Below are positions 26,394 through 36,486 of a DNA stretch of 63,908 nucleotides, one piece after another. How positions within the stretch are numbered: position 1 is the stretch's first letter; each line of letters starts with the position of its first letter. The translations under genes were made by a program, and so were the position numbers. The stretch spans positions 1-63,908 of the IMG/VR virus record IMGVR_UViG_3300048033_000958; one strand, 5' to 3'. Below the pieces are notes generated by a model. The model saw nothing but the letters and a program-made list of their open reading frames with translations, did no database searches and was not told the DNA's origin. Origin of the DNA: a virus. Its lineage: Duplodnaviria > Caudoviricetes.

Positions 26394-28907
26394 TTAAAAT
26401 GAAAAGAATTGTGAGGCAGCGGCAAGGTTAGGATTTGGTTTCTCCCAATCCATTGCTTTGTAGAAGTCATCCAACTTATTGTTCAACTCCTTCTCCCAAA
26501 TCAAATCGTAGTCGATATACTTCTCAATGAATGCATTGATTTCGGGTGGGTCTGAGTGACCTGTAAATGCAGTGGTCTCCAACCCAAGTGGGTTCTTCTT
26601 TAGATATACCCACTTGATTTTGTCACCATCTTTCATAGGTTCGTATTTGTAAGGAGCATTAAACTTCTTCAACAACTGATTGTAAGTAATTGCTGCCTTA
26701 ACGTGAGCAGGTGTTCCTTTAGCAAATTCACCCAATGCTTGGTTCTTAAACAAATACTTAGACATATCCTTTACTGCTGAGTTCTTGGCAATGTCTACGA
26801 ATCGTTGTTTAGTCATCCCATCTTTGTAATCCAAAATCTTTTGGTCTAACTCATCTTTATCAGCAGCCTTTAGAATGTCCATCAAGACCGTAGACATCAC
26901 TTCCTTAAAGTATGTTGGGAATGAACTGCGTTTTACATCAAGTCCCTTCACATCCAACTTATCACAAGGTACGGTATTGTCATTGATAATCCATTGTGCG
27001 TATCTCTTCTTCGATACCCAAAAACCACCCTTTGCAATAGTCTCTTGCTTGATGTCAAATCTATGTGAATCTACATTAAACATTTTGTATGCCATCATAT
27101 CATAGACCTTGTTGATATGTTCTTCTACCTCTTTTGCAACGGATAGAATGGCAGGAATCATTTCCTCATCTGAGTTTTCATTGATGTTTGGATTTCTTGC
27201 TTTTACAAGAGGTGCAGCTTGATAGAATACCGAATCAGTATCAGTATACACATTGTAATCTGCCTCTTTACCAATGTTCTTTGTGTAGTATTGGTTAGCA
27301 ATCATCTCAGTAGTCTTAATCACCGACTGACCCGTGATGGTAGTTGCCTCTGCATTATCCACATCATAAAATCTAAATGATGGTAAACCCAATACCCCAT
27401 ACAAAGAATTCAACATAATCTTCTGAACCAATTGTCGTTGAGAGTAGAACTTGTATAGTTCATCATTACCTTCCTTACCATACTTCTTCATAAGGTCTTT
27501 GTATTCCACACGTTTGTCAAACCAAACATTAAGAATTTCGGGAATCACTCCTACCTTATCTCTACGATATAGAACCCCATTGGCAGCGATTGAATAATCT
27601 GCATTTTGGACAAACTCCATAAACTTGTCCTTTGGAAGTGGTGGAAACTCATTACCATCATCATCTACGATGGAGTAAGTTTCAATCTTACCCTTCATAT
27701 GGTCTTCGGCAGAGTAGTTCTTCAACTTACCAATTTTGGTCTCTGGTGAAGTATTTAGGGTCATAATGATGGATGGGTATAGTGATGTCAAATCCAAATC
27801 ATATACCCATTTGTATAGACCTGGTTTTGGTTCTTTTACATAAGCACCAGTAAACTTACCACCACTCTCCTCACCTTCCACTCGTGGAGCACGTTTTGGT
27901 TTGTTAGGGGCAACCCTACCACTTCTTCGTAGGAATGTTAGGATTGCACCCTCTAACCACTTTGATGAGAATAGGAAATCTTCATAGAAAACGTGGCCTG
28001 CGTGACAAATTGCTTGAGCAAGTTCAATGAACTGAAGTTTCCTATCCATATCAACAACCAACTCAACATCCACTAAGTTATACTCAATGAACTTTTCCAA
28101 GTCATCTCTAAATAATTGGTCGAGGTTTCCCTCATACTCAATCTTACCACGACCCAACTCTTTTTGAGCAACCGTGTCCAATCGGTAATTTGGAAGTTCG
28201 GTATAAGTAAAGTTCTTATACAATGCAAGGTAGTCCAAACACGACACTCCTGCGATAATGTATCTACTACGATATTTGTTCCAACTAACTTTATTAATTG
28301 GTGACAACTCGTTTGCAGTTCTTTCACCAAATAGAACCTTAATACGATTATATAGGTAAGTAACATCAAAGTAGTCAATGTTCCAACCAGTCACGATAGT
28401 AGGATTGATTTCTTTCCATTTGTTTAGAAATGCCATCACCATATCCTCTTCAGTATCAAATGAGATTACTCTAGCACCTTTAATGGTCTTATCAATCTTC
28501 TCACCTGGGTTTACTACATATACAAAGTAATCACCACTTACCGAATCGTGACCTGCGACTGAGGTCATAGCATTACCTGCTTCGTTGATATCTGGAAGAC
28601 CAGAATTCATCTCTACCTCAATATCGAATGTGAATAGAGTGTGACCCTTAGATACTTCATCGGAGTCACCATAATTATCGATGAGGAATCGAGTCACCTC
28701 ATTTACATCACTTTCATAGAGTTCTAAACCTTCATCCTGCTTCCAAAAGTTAATTTTCTTTAACCTCTCTCCGTGAATAGAAGTATGAGCACCATTGCCA
28801 TCTCTAACATATGCATATCTACGATACTTAGATGTAAAATAACCTTTCTCATCATCCCAACAATGGATGAGTGATTTTTCTTTTTCGAAGAATACATTTT
28901 GATACAT
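26394..28907 (-). CDS. Family B DNA polymerase (gp43-like)
   Basis: FDIE exonuclease motif, GWNIDYFD, DLTSLYPSI, KIMLNSLYG, YTDTDS, KKRY. Confidence 0.97.
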   Translation of the reverse strand: MYQNVFFEKEKSLIHCWDDEKGYFTSKYRRYAYVRDGNGAHTSIHGERLKKINFWKQDEGLELYESDVNEVTRFLIDNYGDSDEVSKGHTLFTFDIEVEMNSGLPDINEAGNAMTSVAGHDSVSGDYFVYVVNPGEKIDKTIKGARVISFDTEEDMVMAFLNKWKEINPTIVTGWNIDYFDVTYLYNRIKVLFGERTANELSPINKVSWNKYRSRYIIAGVSCLDYLALYKNFTYTELPNYRLDTVAQKELGRGKIEYEGNLDQLFRDDLEKFIEYNLVDVELVVDMDRKLQFIELAQAICHAGHVFYEDFLFSSKWLEGAILTFLRRSGRVAPNKPKRAPRVEGEESGGKFTGAYVKEPKPGLYKWVYDLDLTSLYPSIIMTLNTSPETKIGKLKNYSAEDHMKGKIETYSIVDDDGNEFPPLPKDKFMEFVQNADYSIAANGVLYRRDKVGVIPEILNVWFDKRVEYKDLMKKYGKEGNDELYKFYSQRQLVQKIMLNSLYGVLGLPSFRFYDVDNAEATTITGQSVIKTTEMIANQYYTKNIGKEADYNVYTDTDSVFYQAAPLVKARNPNINENSDEEMIPAILSVAKEVEEHINKVYDMMAYKMFNVDSHRFDIKQETIAKGGFWVSKKRYAQWIINDNTVPCDKLDVKGLDVKRSSFPTYFKEVMSTVLMDILKAADKDELDQKILDYKDGMTKQRFVDIAKNSAVKDMSKYLFKNQALGEFAKGTPAHVKAAITYNQLLKKFNAPYKYEPMKDGDKIKWVYLKKNPLGLETTAFTGHSDPPEINAFIEKYIDYDLIWEKELNNKLDDFYKAMDWEKPNPNLAAASQFFSF

Positions 28908-28923
28908 TAAGTCTTATTTTATA

Positions 28924-28955
28924 CTAATATACAAAAAATTATCCAATATCCCAAA
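28924..28955 (-). promoter_or_regulatory. Bacteroidota-type promoter
   Basis: TTTG-N20-TATATTAG upstream of PolB. Confidence 0.75.
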
Positions 28956-30120
28956 ACTTTTGGACTAAATCTAAATCTACATTTTTCATCATCCTCGCTT
29001 TCTCCATTGGGTCGAATAATTCATCATACCCATCAATACTCGGACCTACATACTGATGACAATACGATGGTCGTTGTTTGAGGGTCTTGTATACGATTGA
29101 TTCATAATTTTCATCATTTCTCTGCCTACCATTGTGTCCAGTTGGACTCCAAAGGTCATCTCGTTTGTTTCTATACTCACCTAATGCAGGATTTACTGTT
29201 TTAGTGTAGTATTTAGCACCCAAGTTTCTTGCAATGGCACCTTGAAAGTTGGATATATGTGACCCAATCCCCAAACCTTGATAATCGGGTAAGACTACCG
29301 TTCTACTACCCCTAAATGCAAAGGACTGACCCTTTCCGATTTGCCTACCAACGACACCCATTGCAACTGGTTTATCATTCCACTCATACAAAAGGAAGAT
29401 AAATGCCTTGTTTGCTTCTTCACTTAGATAGTGATGTCTTTTGAAGATGTCCCAAGCTTCAGGTTCGGTTCTACTAATGCGTAGATTGATTTGTGGTCTG
29501 CCTTGCCGAAGCCAGTCGCCTCTCACGAGTGCGCCTCCATCTTTTTCGGGTGATACAGTCCAATCGGGCATCAACCATTCCATAATGTCATAGTGACACG
29601 ATGCAAGGATGATTCTCTTACCTTCTCTACGAATATACTTTTGAAGAGCAAACGACATTGCTTTAGCAACATCTCTATCTACTACTGAAGTATACTCATC
29701 GATGAGAATGATGTCACCATCTTTTGCAGATGATATCAAATAAGCAAGTTCTGCTCTATATTGTTCACCATTACTCAATAGTCGGTAAGGTCTCAACCAA
29801 GTTGGAATGGATGATAAACCGATGGATGTAAGGACTCTACCTGCTTCTTCGGGGGTCAACCAATCAAAGTTTGATATTAGTGATTTCTCTTCATCGAACT
29901 TGATAGTTCTAACACCACCCAACTGATTTAGAATTGTAGATTTACCACTACCACTTCCACCATAAATCACACCAATGTTCCACTCAAATTTATCTAAGTC
30001 ACCAATTTTCATTGGTATAGTTACACTTGTTTGTTCTCGGTCTTGAATATCAAAAGTATTGTATACATATTCAGTATACTCATCGTTTTTGATTTTATGT
30101 GATAGTTTGATGTCTGCCAT
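28939..30120 (-). CDS. ABC-type ATPase fused to GNAT acetyltransferase
   Basis: GGSGSGKS, LSNGE, IDEYTS, SCH; C-terminal FKRHHYL and RTVVLPDYQGLGIG acetyl-CoA motif. Confidence 0.85.
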   Translation of the reverse strand: MADIKLSHKIKNDEYTEYVYNTFDIQDREQTSVTIPMKIGDLDKFEWNIGVIYGGSGSGKSTILNQLGGVRTIKFDEEKSLISNFDWLTPEEAGRVLTSIGLSSIPTWLRPYRLLSNGEQYRAELAYLISSAKDGDIILIDEYTSVVDRDVAKAMSFALQKYIRREGKRIILASCHYDIMEWLMPDWTVSPEKDGGALVRGDWLRQGRPQINLRISRTEPEAWDIFKRHHYLSEEANKAFIFLLYEWNDKPVAMGVVGRQIGKGQSFAFRGSRTVVLPDYQGLGIGSHISNFQGAIARNLGAKYYTKTVNPALGEYRNKRDDLWSPTGHNGRQRNDENYESIVYKTLKQRPSYCHQYVGPSIDGYDELFDPMEKARMMKNVDLDLVQKFWDIG

Positions 30121-30341
30121 TACTGATAATCATTAAATTCTCCAAATAAAATATGAGTCCAAGTTTCACCTTTTACAATCCTACGGATGTTGGCAGGTGA
30201 TACACCATTATTTCGGGCCAATACTCTGATGTTTCGGTGACCCACAGCCCACAACTTACGAATAGACCTTACTTGGTCTTCCGTGAGTTTGTGTTGTGGG
30301 TGTGATTCTCCTCTTAAAGCCATCCTAAACTTCCTCATCAA
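30120..30341 (-). CDS. Small HTH DNA-binding protein (HNH-associated C-terminal domain type)
   Basis: GESHPQHKLTEDQVRSIR..LARNNGVS..I..G.TW.H. Confidence 0.65.
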   Translation of the reverse strand: MMRKFRMALRGESHPQHKLTEDQVRSIRKLWAVGHRNIRVLARNNGVSPANIRRIVKGETWTHILFGEFNDYQ

Positions 30342-30747
30342 AAGGAATTTCCAATTGACCCTGACTGGCAGTCAAGAATTGCTCAATGTTAGGTGGTGAG
30401 AAGTTTGGCCCTTTCAACACCTTACCATCTTCACGATAGATAGGTTTCCCATCCTCACCTAACTTTGACATATTAGAACGATGTACCTCATCAAAGACAT
30501 CTTCAATGATATCACCCATTCCGTGAGCAACCATTGTACCCAAAAGGATATATAATTGGTCTGCTAATGCATCCGTGATTTCTACAAGGTCATCGTTATT
30601 ACATGCTTCTAAATATTCAACCAATTCCTCTTTACCCAACCTATATCTAAGATAGAACTCATTTGGTTCTAAGAGTGTTGGTTTACTACTACGAGGTTGG
30701 TTGTATCCACTTTGGAAATCCCAAAGTTGTTGTAACTGTTTCTTCAT
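30325..30747 (-). CDS. MazG-like NTP pyrophosphohydrolase
   Basis: EELVEY, DALADQLY, EVHRSNMSK, REDGKVLKG. Confidence 0.88.
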   Translation of the reverse strand: MKKQLQQLWDFQSGYNQPRSSKPTLLEPNEFYLRYRLGKEELVEYLEACNNDDLVEITDALADQLYILLGTMVAHGMGDIIEDVFDEVHRSNMSKLGEDGKPIYREDGKVLKGPNFSPPNIEQFLTASQGQLEIPFDEEV

Positions 30748-30753
30748 AATATA

Positions 30754-30785
30754 CTAATATACAAAAATTATTTCATTATTCCAAA
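30754..30785 (-). promoter_or_regulatory. Bacteroidota-type promoter
   Basis: TTTG-N20-TATATTAG. Confidence 0.75.
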
Positions 30786-31345
30786 ATTAATTCACCACTA
30801 TCTAGACCAGAATGTCTACTTTGCCATAAATTAATTGCAATTGCGTATCTTGTACCACGAGTAACCTTGGTAACACGATGTGGGTATTGTCCTGCTGGAA
30901 ATATGACTAATCGATTTGGTACTGCTGCAATTCTTTCTGGTGGTTGGTCTTCACCATTGCTAAACACTTCTAAATAACCACCATCGATATCATGCTCCCA
31001 CGGATAATAAACTGTACCTATAATCGGGGTTCTTAATTCACCTGTTTTATTATACCACTGCTCATCCTTATCAAAGTGCATATTTAGAGTATTTGGGTTA
31101 TCATCGTTACTATCTTCTGCGGAGTAAGTTCCCGTCCAATATTCGAACCCATACAACTCATATTGGTGGTCTGATGGGTAATTATATCTCCAAATATATT
31201 CAATGAGTCTTCGTTTGGTACTATTAGCAGGACTATCCCACCAACCATTCCACCAATGGTATCCTTTAGTGTCAAAAAATGTAGAATCGTTTCTGATTTC
31301 GTTTAGTAACTCTTCATCCTTTACAAAGTTGTCAAATACAATCAT
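30776..31345 (-). CDS. 2OG-Fe(II) oxygenase
   Basis: HFD...GGYL..NRLVIF..HRV..R. Confidence 0.85.
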   Translation of the reverse strand: MIVFDNFVKDEELLNEIRNDSTFFDTKGYHWWNGWWDSPANSTKRRLIEYIWRYNYPSDHQYELYGFEYWTGTYSAEDSNDDNPNTLNMHFDKDEQWYNKTGELRTPIIGTVYYPWEHDIDGGYLEVFSNGEDQPPERIAAVPNRLVIFPAGQYPHRVTKVTRGTRYAIAINLWQSRHSGLDSGELILE

Positions 31346-31578
31346 ATGTTTAGATATTCTGCTTCGGACTTTGCACCCACAATTCGTTTCACTTCTTGAC
31401 CATTCTCCAATAGGACAACCGTTGGAATGCTTCTCACATTGTATTGTTGTGCCAATGCTGATTGTTCCTCAATGTTTACCTTTTGTACTGGAATGGTATT
31501 GTTTACTCGTTCCATAACTGGACCTAGCATTCTACAAGGTCCACACCAAGGTGCACTAAAATAAAGATATTGTTTCAT
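31342..31578 (-). CDS. trxA: Thioredoxin
   Basis: WCGPC active site, IPT. Confidence 0.95.
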   Translation of the reverse strand: MKQYLYFSAPWCGPCRMLGPVMERVNNTIPVQKVNIEEQSALAQQYNVRSIPTVVLLENGQEVKRIVGAKSEAEYLNI

Positions 31579-31608
31579 ATTATTCCTTTTATTTATTTTA
31601 TTTTTTAA

Positions 31609-31690
31609 AGTGAGGGGGGTAGCGAACTCCCCCCACTAATCCGTTAACGAATAACGGCCCTAAGATGAGGTCTTCAAACCCCAACCTCTT
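31609..31690 (-). other. Three consecutive GC-rich hairpins between nrdA and thioredoxin (structured RNA or terminator)
   Basis: Minus strand: GAGGT..ACCTC; CCGTTA-TTCGT-TAACGG; GTGGGGGGAG-TTCG-CTACCCCCCTCAC. Confidence 0.5.
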
Positions 31691-33475
31691 CTAACCATCA
31701 CACGATACACAATCGGGGTCAGTTGCTCTCATAGCAATATCACCACGAAGTACCGATTCGGTTCTCATATAATAGAGTGTCTTAATTCCCTGTTTCCATG
31801 CTTCCAAGTGAACTTGGTTAATCCACTTTGGAGATGCTTGTGATGGGAATGCCAAGTTTAGTGATACTGCTTGGTCGATGTATTGTTGTCTAACACCTGC
31901 TTGTTTTACCAACTCCAACTGATTTATTTCTTTGAATGTCTTAAATACATCCTTCACCCAATCAACTTGATTGTTCTCAATCGATAATGGGTCAATCTTA
32001 TCTTTATGTAAGAGTTTACCATCAACATATCCCCAATTATCTAATTCATCCAAACCTTGAACCGAACCACCATCTTCGAGTATTTGATTCCAAATATCTT
32101 TGTTGTTCATACTTATTTTACGAAGTGCTTTTTCCAACTCAACATTCTTACGAATGAATGTTCCCTTTGCAGTTTGTTCAGTAAAGACATTTGCTGCCCA
32201 AGGTTCAATACCTGGTGATACATTACCACTCAACTTAGAGTTTGATACCGTTGGTGCGATTGCTCTCAAGTGAGTATTTCTCATACCTGTACCAACACAC
32301 CATAGTGGTTCACCATATTCGTTAGCAAGGTCACGAGATGCTCTATCAGACTCAATCTTGATTTGAGAGAAGATTTTACGAGTCTCAAATTGTGCTGGGA
32401 GACCTTCAAATGCCATACCATTTTGTTGTAAGTATGTGTGCCATCCCAATACACCCAATCCAAGTGCTCTACCCTTCTCTGCTGAACGAACTGAGTTCTC
32501 AAACCCTCTCATATTCTTTGCTCTCTGAATAAACTCTTCGAGTACACCATCCAAGAACCAAGTTGCAGTGTAGATAAGGTCAGTATCCTTCCACTCATCG
32601 TACTTTGCCAAGTTCACCGATGATAGACAACATACAAACGAGTGAGACTCATCGGTATGGAGTACAATCTCAGAACAAATGTTAGTCATAAAGACTTTGA
32701 GTGAGTTTTGTTTGTATGCTTCGGGGTTTGCTTTGTTTACATTACCCTTATACATAATGTAAGGTTCACCAGTCGCTTTTCTCTTTTGGAGTACCTTACC
32801 CCATCTTCTACGTGCTTCTGCATCACCCTCTTCAAGTCTTCTCATAAACTTATCACCAACGATTACTGCTTGGTGTAAGTTCAAACATTGTCGATTCACA
32901 TCACCCTTTGGTTCACGAATCTCAATCCACTCATCAAAGTCTTCGTGGTCGATGTTTAGGTTTACCGATGCTGCACCTCTACGAACTGCTCCTTGATTGG
33001 TAGCAAGGATTGTAGAGTCATAAATCTTAGCAAATGGTACTACACCATCACTCGTTCCATTATCAGTAATAGATGCACCTGCGGGTCTGATTTGGTTGAT
33101 ACCAATACCAACACCACCACCATGCTTTGCCAATAACATTAACTCTAAGTTCTTTGTACCGATGTCTTGAATAGAATCTGCCACATCAATACCGAAACAC
33201 GAGATAGGTAACCCTCTATCAGTACCCATATTTGAAAGTACTGGTGATGCAAGGTTCAACCACCCTCTCCAAATGTAATCAAAGAACTTTGATGCCATTT
33301 GTGGTTTCTTTAATCTTCGTGCTGCTGCAGTAGCAACTCTCCAATATGCGTCTTTTGGGACTTCTCCTGCGAGTAAGTAACCCTTTGAGATTGTCTTTAC
33401 ATAAATCTCAGTATTTGCCCAAGTTGGGAAGTCAACTCCTAACTCCCAACCTAACTCTTCTCCGTAATTCTTCAT
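31691..33475 (-). CDS. nrdA: Ribonucleotide reductase class I alpha subunit (no ATP cone)
   Basis: PISC, GGGVG, TNICSEI, APT, KTLYY, C-terminal CVSCDG. Confidence 0.95.
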   Translation of the reverse strand: MKNYGEELGWELGVDFPTWANTEIYVKTISKGYLLAGEVPKDAYWRVATAAARRLKKPQMASKFFDYIWRGWLNLASPVLSNMGTDRGLPISCFGIDVADSIQDIGTKNLELMLLAKHGGGVGIGINQIRPAGASITDNGTSDGVVPFAKIYDSTILATNQGAVRRGAASVNLNIDHEDFDEWIEIREPKGDVNRQCLNLHQAVIVGDKFMRRLEEGDAEARRRWGKVLQKRKATGEPYIMYKGNVNKANPEAYKQNSLKVFMTNICSEIVLHTDESHSFVCCLSSVNLAKYDEWKDTDLIYTATWFLDGVLEEFIQRAKNMRGFENSVRSAEKGRALGLGVLGWHTYLQQNGMAFEGLPAQFETRKIFSQIKIESDRASRDLANEYGEPLWCVGTGMRNTHLRAIAPTVSNSKLSGNVSPGIEPWAANVFTEQTAKGTFIRKNVELEKALRKISMNNKDIWNQILEDGGSVQGLDELDNWGYVDGKLLHKDKIDPLSIENNQVDWVKDVFKTFKEINQLELVKQAGVRQQYIDQAVSLNLAFPSQASPKWINQVHLEAWKQGIKTLYYMRTESVLRGDIAMRATDPDCVSCDG

Positions 33476-33481
33476 AACTAA

Positions 33482-34477
33482 TTAAAATATATCATCCCAA
33501 TCTTCACCTTCGTTTGCCTTGGAGTAATCCGTTGGTCTTACTGCGAAGAAATCAGTATGGGTAGTTCCACCAGTCAAGTGTGCGAACCAATCCAACTCAT
33601 TTGCTGAGTCTTCATCGTATTCAAACAATTGACCTTCATAACCTAATTCTTGGTATTTACTATTTACTCTACTTTTGATGAAGTTGATGAGGTCTTCCTT
33701 CTTGAGGTTTTCCAAGTCACCCATCTCGAACATCTTGTCGATGTATTTCAATTCCAAATCCAACATAATGTCTGCAGCTTCTTCAACTGCATCTTTTGCT
33801 TCCATCTTCAACTCTGGATACTCCTCACACATATGTCTGAAAAGGTGACATCCCATTTTTGAGTGAAGTGACTCATCACGAACCGACCATTTCATTTGTT
33901 GACCAATTCCTTTCAACATATTTCTCATTTGGAATGAGAACAATACTGCGAATGATGAGTATAATGCAACACCTTCAGTAAATGCGGAGAAGATTGCGAG
34001 TGACCTTGCCACTTCCTTTCTTGCTTCTGCGTTATCCTTGAGGTCTTCCCAAGTATACCTATTGGTGATGTTTGCGAGGTTTTCAAATCTATCAGCAGTT
34101 GCTGGTTCGTGTAGGAATGCCTCAAAATCTTCCAATCCCAAAGACTCATTCAAGTATGAGTATGCAGTTGCGTGGATGGTTTCTTGTGAACCGAACATCA
34201 TTGCCATTTGTTTGATTTCGTGTTTAGGAAACCACTCAGTTACCCAACCTGTCCAATAATCGGACACCGCACATTCCGTTTGAGCAAACCCAAGTAGAAT
34301 ATTACCTACCAAGTTTTTCTCTTCGACTGACAAATTTTCATTCCAATCTTTAATATCACCTTGCATTGGTATTTCGGTATGCAACCAAAATGCTTGAGCT
34401 TGTTTCAACCAACCTTCGGTGTAGTATTCTGGATATTCAAACGGCTTAAAAGGTATACGATTATCAAATAGACCCAT
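33482..34477 (-). CDS. nrdB: Ribonucleotide reductase class I beta subunit
   Basis: ETIHATAY, EG..L..SF, RDESLH, DFF..RPTDY. Confidence 0.95.
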   Translation of the reverse strand: MGLFDNRIPFKPFEYPEYYTEGWLKQAQAFWLHTEIPMQGDIKDWNENLSVEEKNLVGNILLGFAQTECAVSDYWTGWVTEWFPKHEIKQMAMMFGSQETIHATAYSYLNESLGLEDFEAFLHEPATADRFENLANITNRYTWEDLKDNAEARKEVARSLAIFSAFTEGVALYSSFAVLFSFQMRNMLKGIGQQMKWSVRDESLHSKMGCHLFRHMCEEYPELKMEAKDAVEEAADIMLDLELKYIDKMFEMGDLENLKKEDLINFIKSRVNSKYQELGYEGQLFEYDEDSANELDWFAHLTGGTTHTDFFAVRPTDYSKANEGEDWDDIF

Positions 34478-34536
34478 GTGTTCTCCTTCTTAATTTTTTA
34501 TACATAATGTTTTTGGGGGGTGGTAATATATAGTGT

Positions 34537-35895
34537 TTAAAATCCAATATCACCACTCATTTCCTTATATTTTTGTGCTAATTCTTTTCTTACTAAACTC
34601 TCCCCTTGTTTCATCTGATTTGTAGTCTTCCTACCATCAATGGAATCATCGTTATAAATGTGAATTTGACCCGTTGAGAAGTTTGCTTTAGATGGGAATG
34701 TCATTCCATCGGGGCCGAAACGATTCTTAATAACGTGCCATCTACCAGTTCCTGCCAATTTGTCCTCAATCTTACGAGATAGAGATACTACGAAATCAGC
34801 AGTCATCATCTTAGAGAATGACCCAGCAATCTTGGTGCCGGTAATAATGTCATCTTCTGCACCACTTCTATTGATTTGAGATGCAGTAAAGACTGGAACT
34901 TCATACTCACCTGCCATACCTCTAAGGTCTTCAATGATTTCTTCCAACTCCTCGTGTCTCTTTTCCTTTGCAGGGCCCCTCAAAAGGTCAGCATAATCGA
35001 CAATTACCACATCTGGCTTCTTACCTTGTAGAGTCATCTTGTCCATATGTGCTTTTAGTGAGGTAACACTTGCAGTTTTGGTAGGATAATGTTTTACAAC
35101 AAGGTCACCTGGAACATTCTCCACTGCCTTCTTGACATCTTCCATATTGTATTTTAAATTACCAACCGCAACACCACTTAGAACTGCATCGTATCTTTGA
35201 CCAGTGTAACCTTCGTTCAATTCCAAAGTGTAGTGTGCTACGACCTTACCCTTCTTCATTGCATTTACACCAATATTGACTAAAGACCACGATTTACCAA
35301 TTCCAGGTGGGGCAGCAAAAAGGATAAGTTCACCTTTACCAAATCCACCTTGAGTAATCTCATCAATCACATCCCAACCAGTAGATACCACATTACGAAC
35401 TTGGTCTTCGTATCTTTCAGTAATCATTGTCTTATATTCGTGACCAATATCAGAATCTTGACCTGCTTTCATTGCAGTATCAATCTTCTTTTTGATAGTA
35501 TCATACTTACCATCTTCTAAAAGGGTCACCGAATCCAAGATTGCGTTCTTTATAGACTGATTCTTACAAAAGTCGAGGACTTGTTCCTTTACATAGGTTA
35601 AATCTTCACTATCCAAGTGATTCCAAGCAAATTTGAGTGTATCTACAACTGAAACCTTTAACACATCCCTCTCAATAGAGTTTATCTTGACTTTGAGAAC
35701 ATCCAAAGTTGGCATTGTCTCATATTCATCAAAATATTTCAAAATAGTCTTCACCAACCACTCAGATGCTTCCGAGTCGAAATAATCGGGTCTGATAATA
35801 TCATATATTTGTCGAGTAAACGACCTATCTGATATTATTGCAGAAATTACTTTATTCTGAAACGATGTGCTAAACTTACTTCCTAACTTCTCCAT
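34537..35895 (-). CDS. Replicative DnaB-like helicase (gp41-like)
   Basis: APPGIGKS, TLEL, VDYADL, TASQINR, KNRFG. Confidence 0.93.
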   Translation of the reverse strand: MEKLGSKFSTSFQNKVISAIISDRSFTRQIYDIIRPDYFDSEASEWLVKTILKYFDEYETMPTLDVLKVKINSIERDVLKVSVVDTLKFAWNHLDSEDLTYVKEQVLDFCKNQSIKNAILDSVTLLEDGKYDTIKKKIDTAMKAGQDSDIGHEYKTMITERYEDQVRNVVSTGWDVIDEITQGGFGKGELILFAAPPGIGKSWSLVNIGVNAMKKGKVVAHYTLELNEGYTGQRYDAVLSGVAVGNLKYNMEDVKKAVENVPGDLVVKHYPTKTASVTSLKAHMDKMTLQGKKPDVVIVDYADLLRGPAKEKRHEELEEIIEDLRGMAGEYEVPVFTASQINRSGAEDDIITGTKIAGSFSKMMTADFVVSLSRKIEDKLAGTGRWHVIKNRFGPDGMTFPSKANFSTGQIHIYNDDSIDGRKTTNQMKQGESLVRKELAQKYKEMSGDIGF

Positions 35896-35910
35896 ATAGA
35901 ATCATATTGT

Positions 35911-35942
35911 ACAATATACAACATTTTTTCTTATTAACCAAA
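35911..35942 (-). promoter_or_regulatory. Bacteroidota-type promoter (variant)
   Basis: TTTG-N20-TATATTGT upstream of helicase. Confidence 0.65.
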
Positions 35943-35943
35943 T

Positions 35944-36486
35944 TTAATTTACTTTCAAAGGTTGCTTATACACATACCCTTGGTTTTTTCGTTCGACATG
36001 CTTTGGAAATGGATATGACATTATCTTTCGATACAACCCATCAACATATTCGTAATGTGATAAATCCCACTTTTCACCATCTCTTACGAAATAATTTGAT
36101 AATTCAAAACATTCGTGTTCAATAGGACCTGTATTGTATTTACCCCAAACATCGGGTCTCCAAAGTGTCTCTTGAAAGTGTGAATCACAATATAGATGTA
36201 AGTCAAATGCAATTCGTGTAATCCCATCTAATACATTATATATTCTTTGGGGTTGATATTCACCAATTACTGCAAAATCAACATCCCAAGAAACCCAATC
36301 CTCTAAGATACCACCTACTACATATAAATCAAAATACTTTGCATCCTCTACTTCAGAGTTAATGCGTGATATAAGTGTTTTGAATAGTGGATGTGAAATA
36401 CCACCTATACCAAACCAATTTTTAGCAGTATAGGTATGATATTCAAGTACTCCATTAAATAATTGAGTTTCATAATGATTAACCAT
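35944..36486 (-). CDS. Pol-beta-superfamily nucleotidyltransferase-like protein
   Basis: LYVVGG-x8-DVDF plus a later Asp (LYCD). Confidence 0.55.
   Translation of the reverse strand: MVNHYETQLFNGVLEYHTYTAKNWFGIGGISHPLFKTLISRINSEVEDAKYFDLYVVGGILEDWVSWDVDFAVIGEYQPQRIYNVLDGITRIAFDLHLYCDSHFQETLWRPDVWGKYNTGPIEHECFELSNYFVRDGEKWDLSHYEYVDGLYRKIMSYPFPKHVERKNQGYVYKQPLKVN

Noticed and set aside
30120-30341. Homing endonuclease
   Set aside because: Only the small DNA-binding domain is present; there is no HNH catalytic motif.
31609-31690. tRNA gene
   Set aside because: There is no acceptor stem enclosing the hairpins and no canonical T-loop; no tRNA was recognised anywhere in the window.
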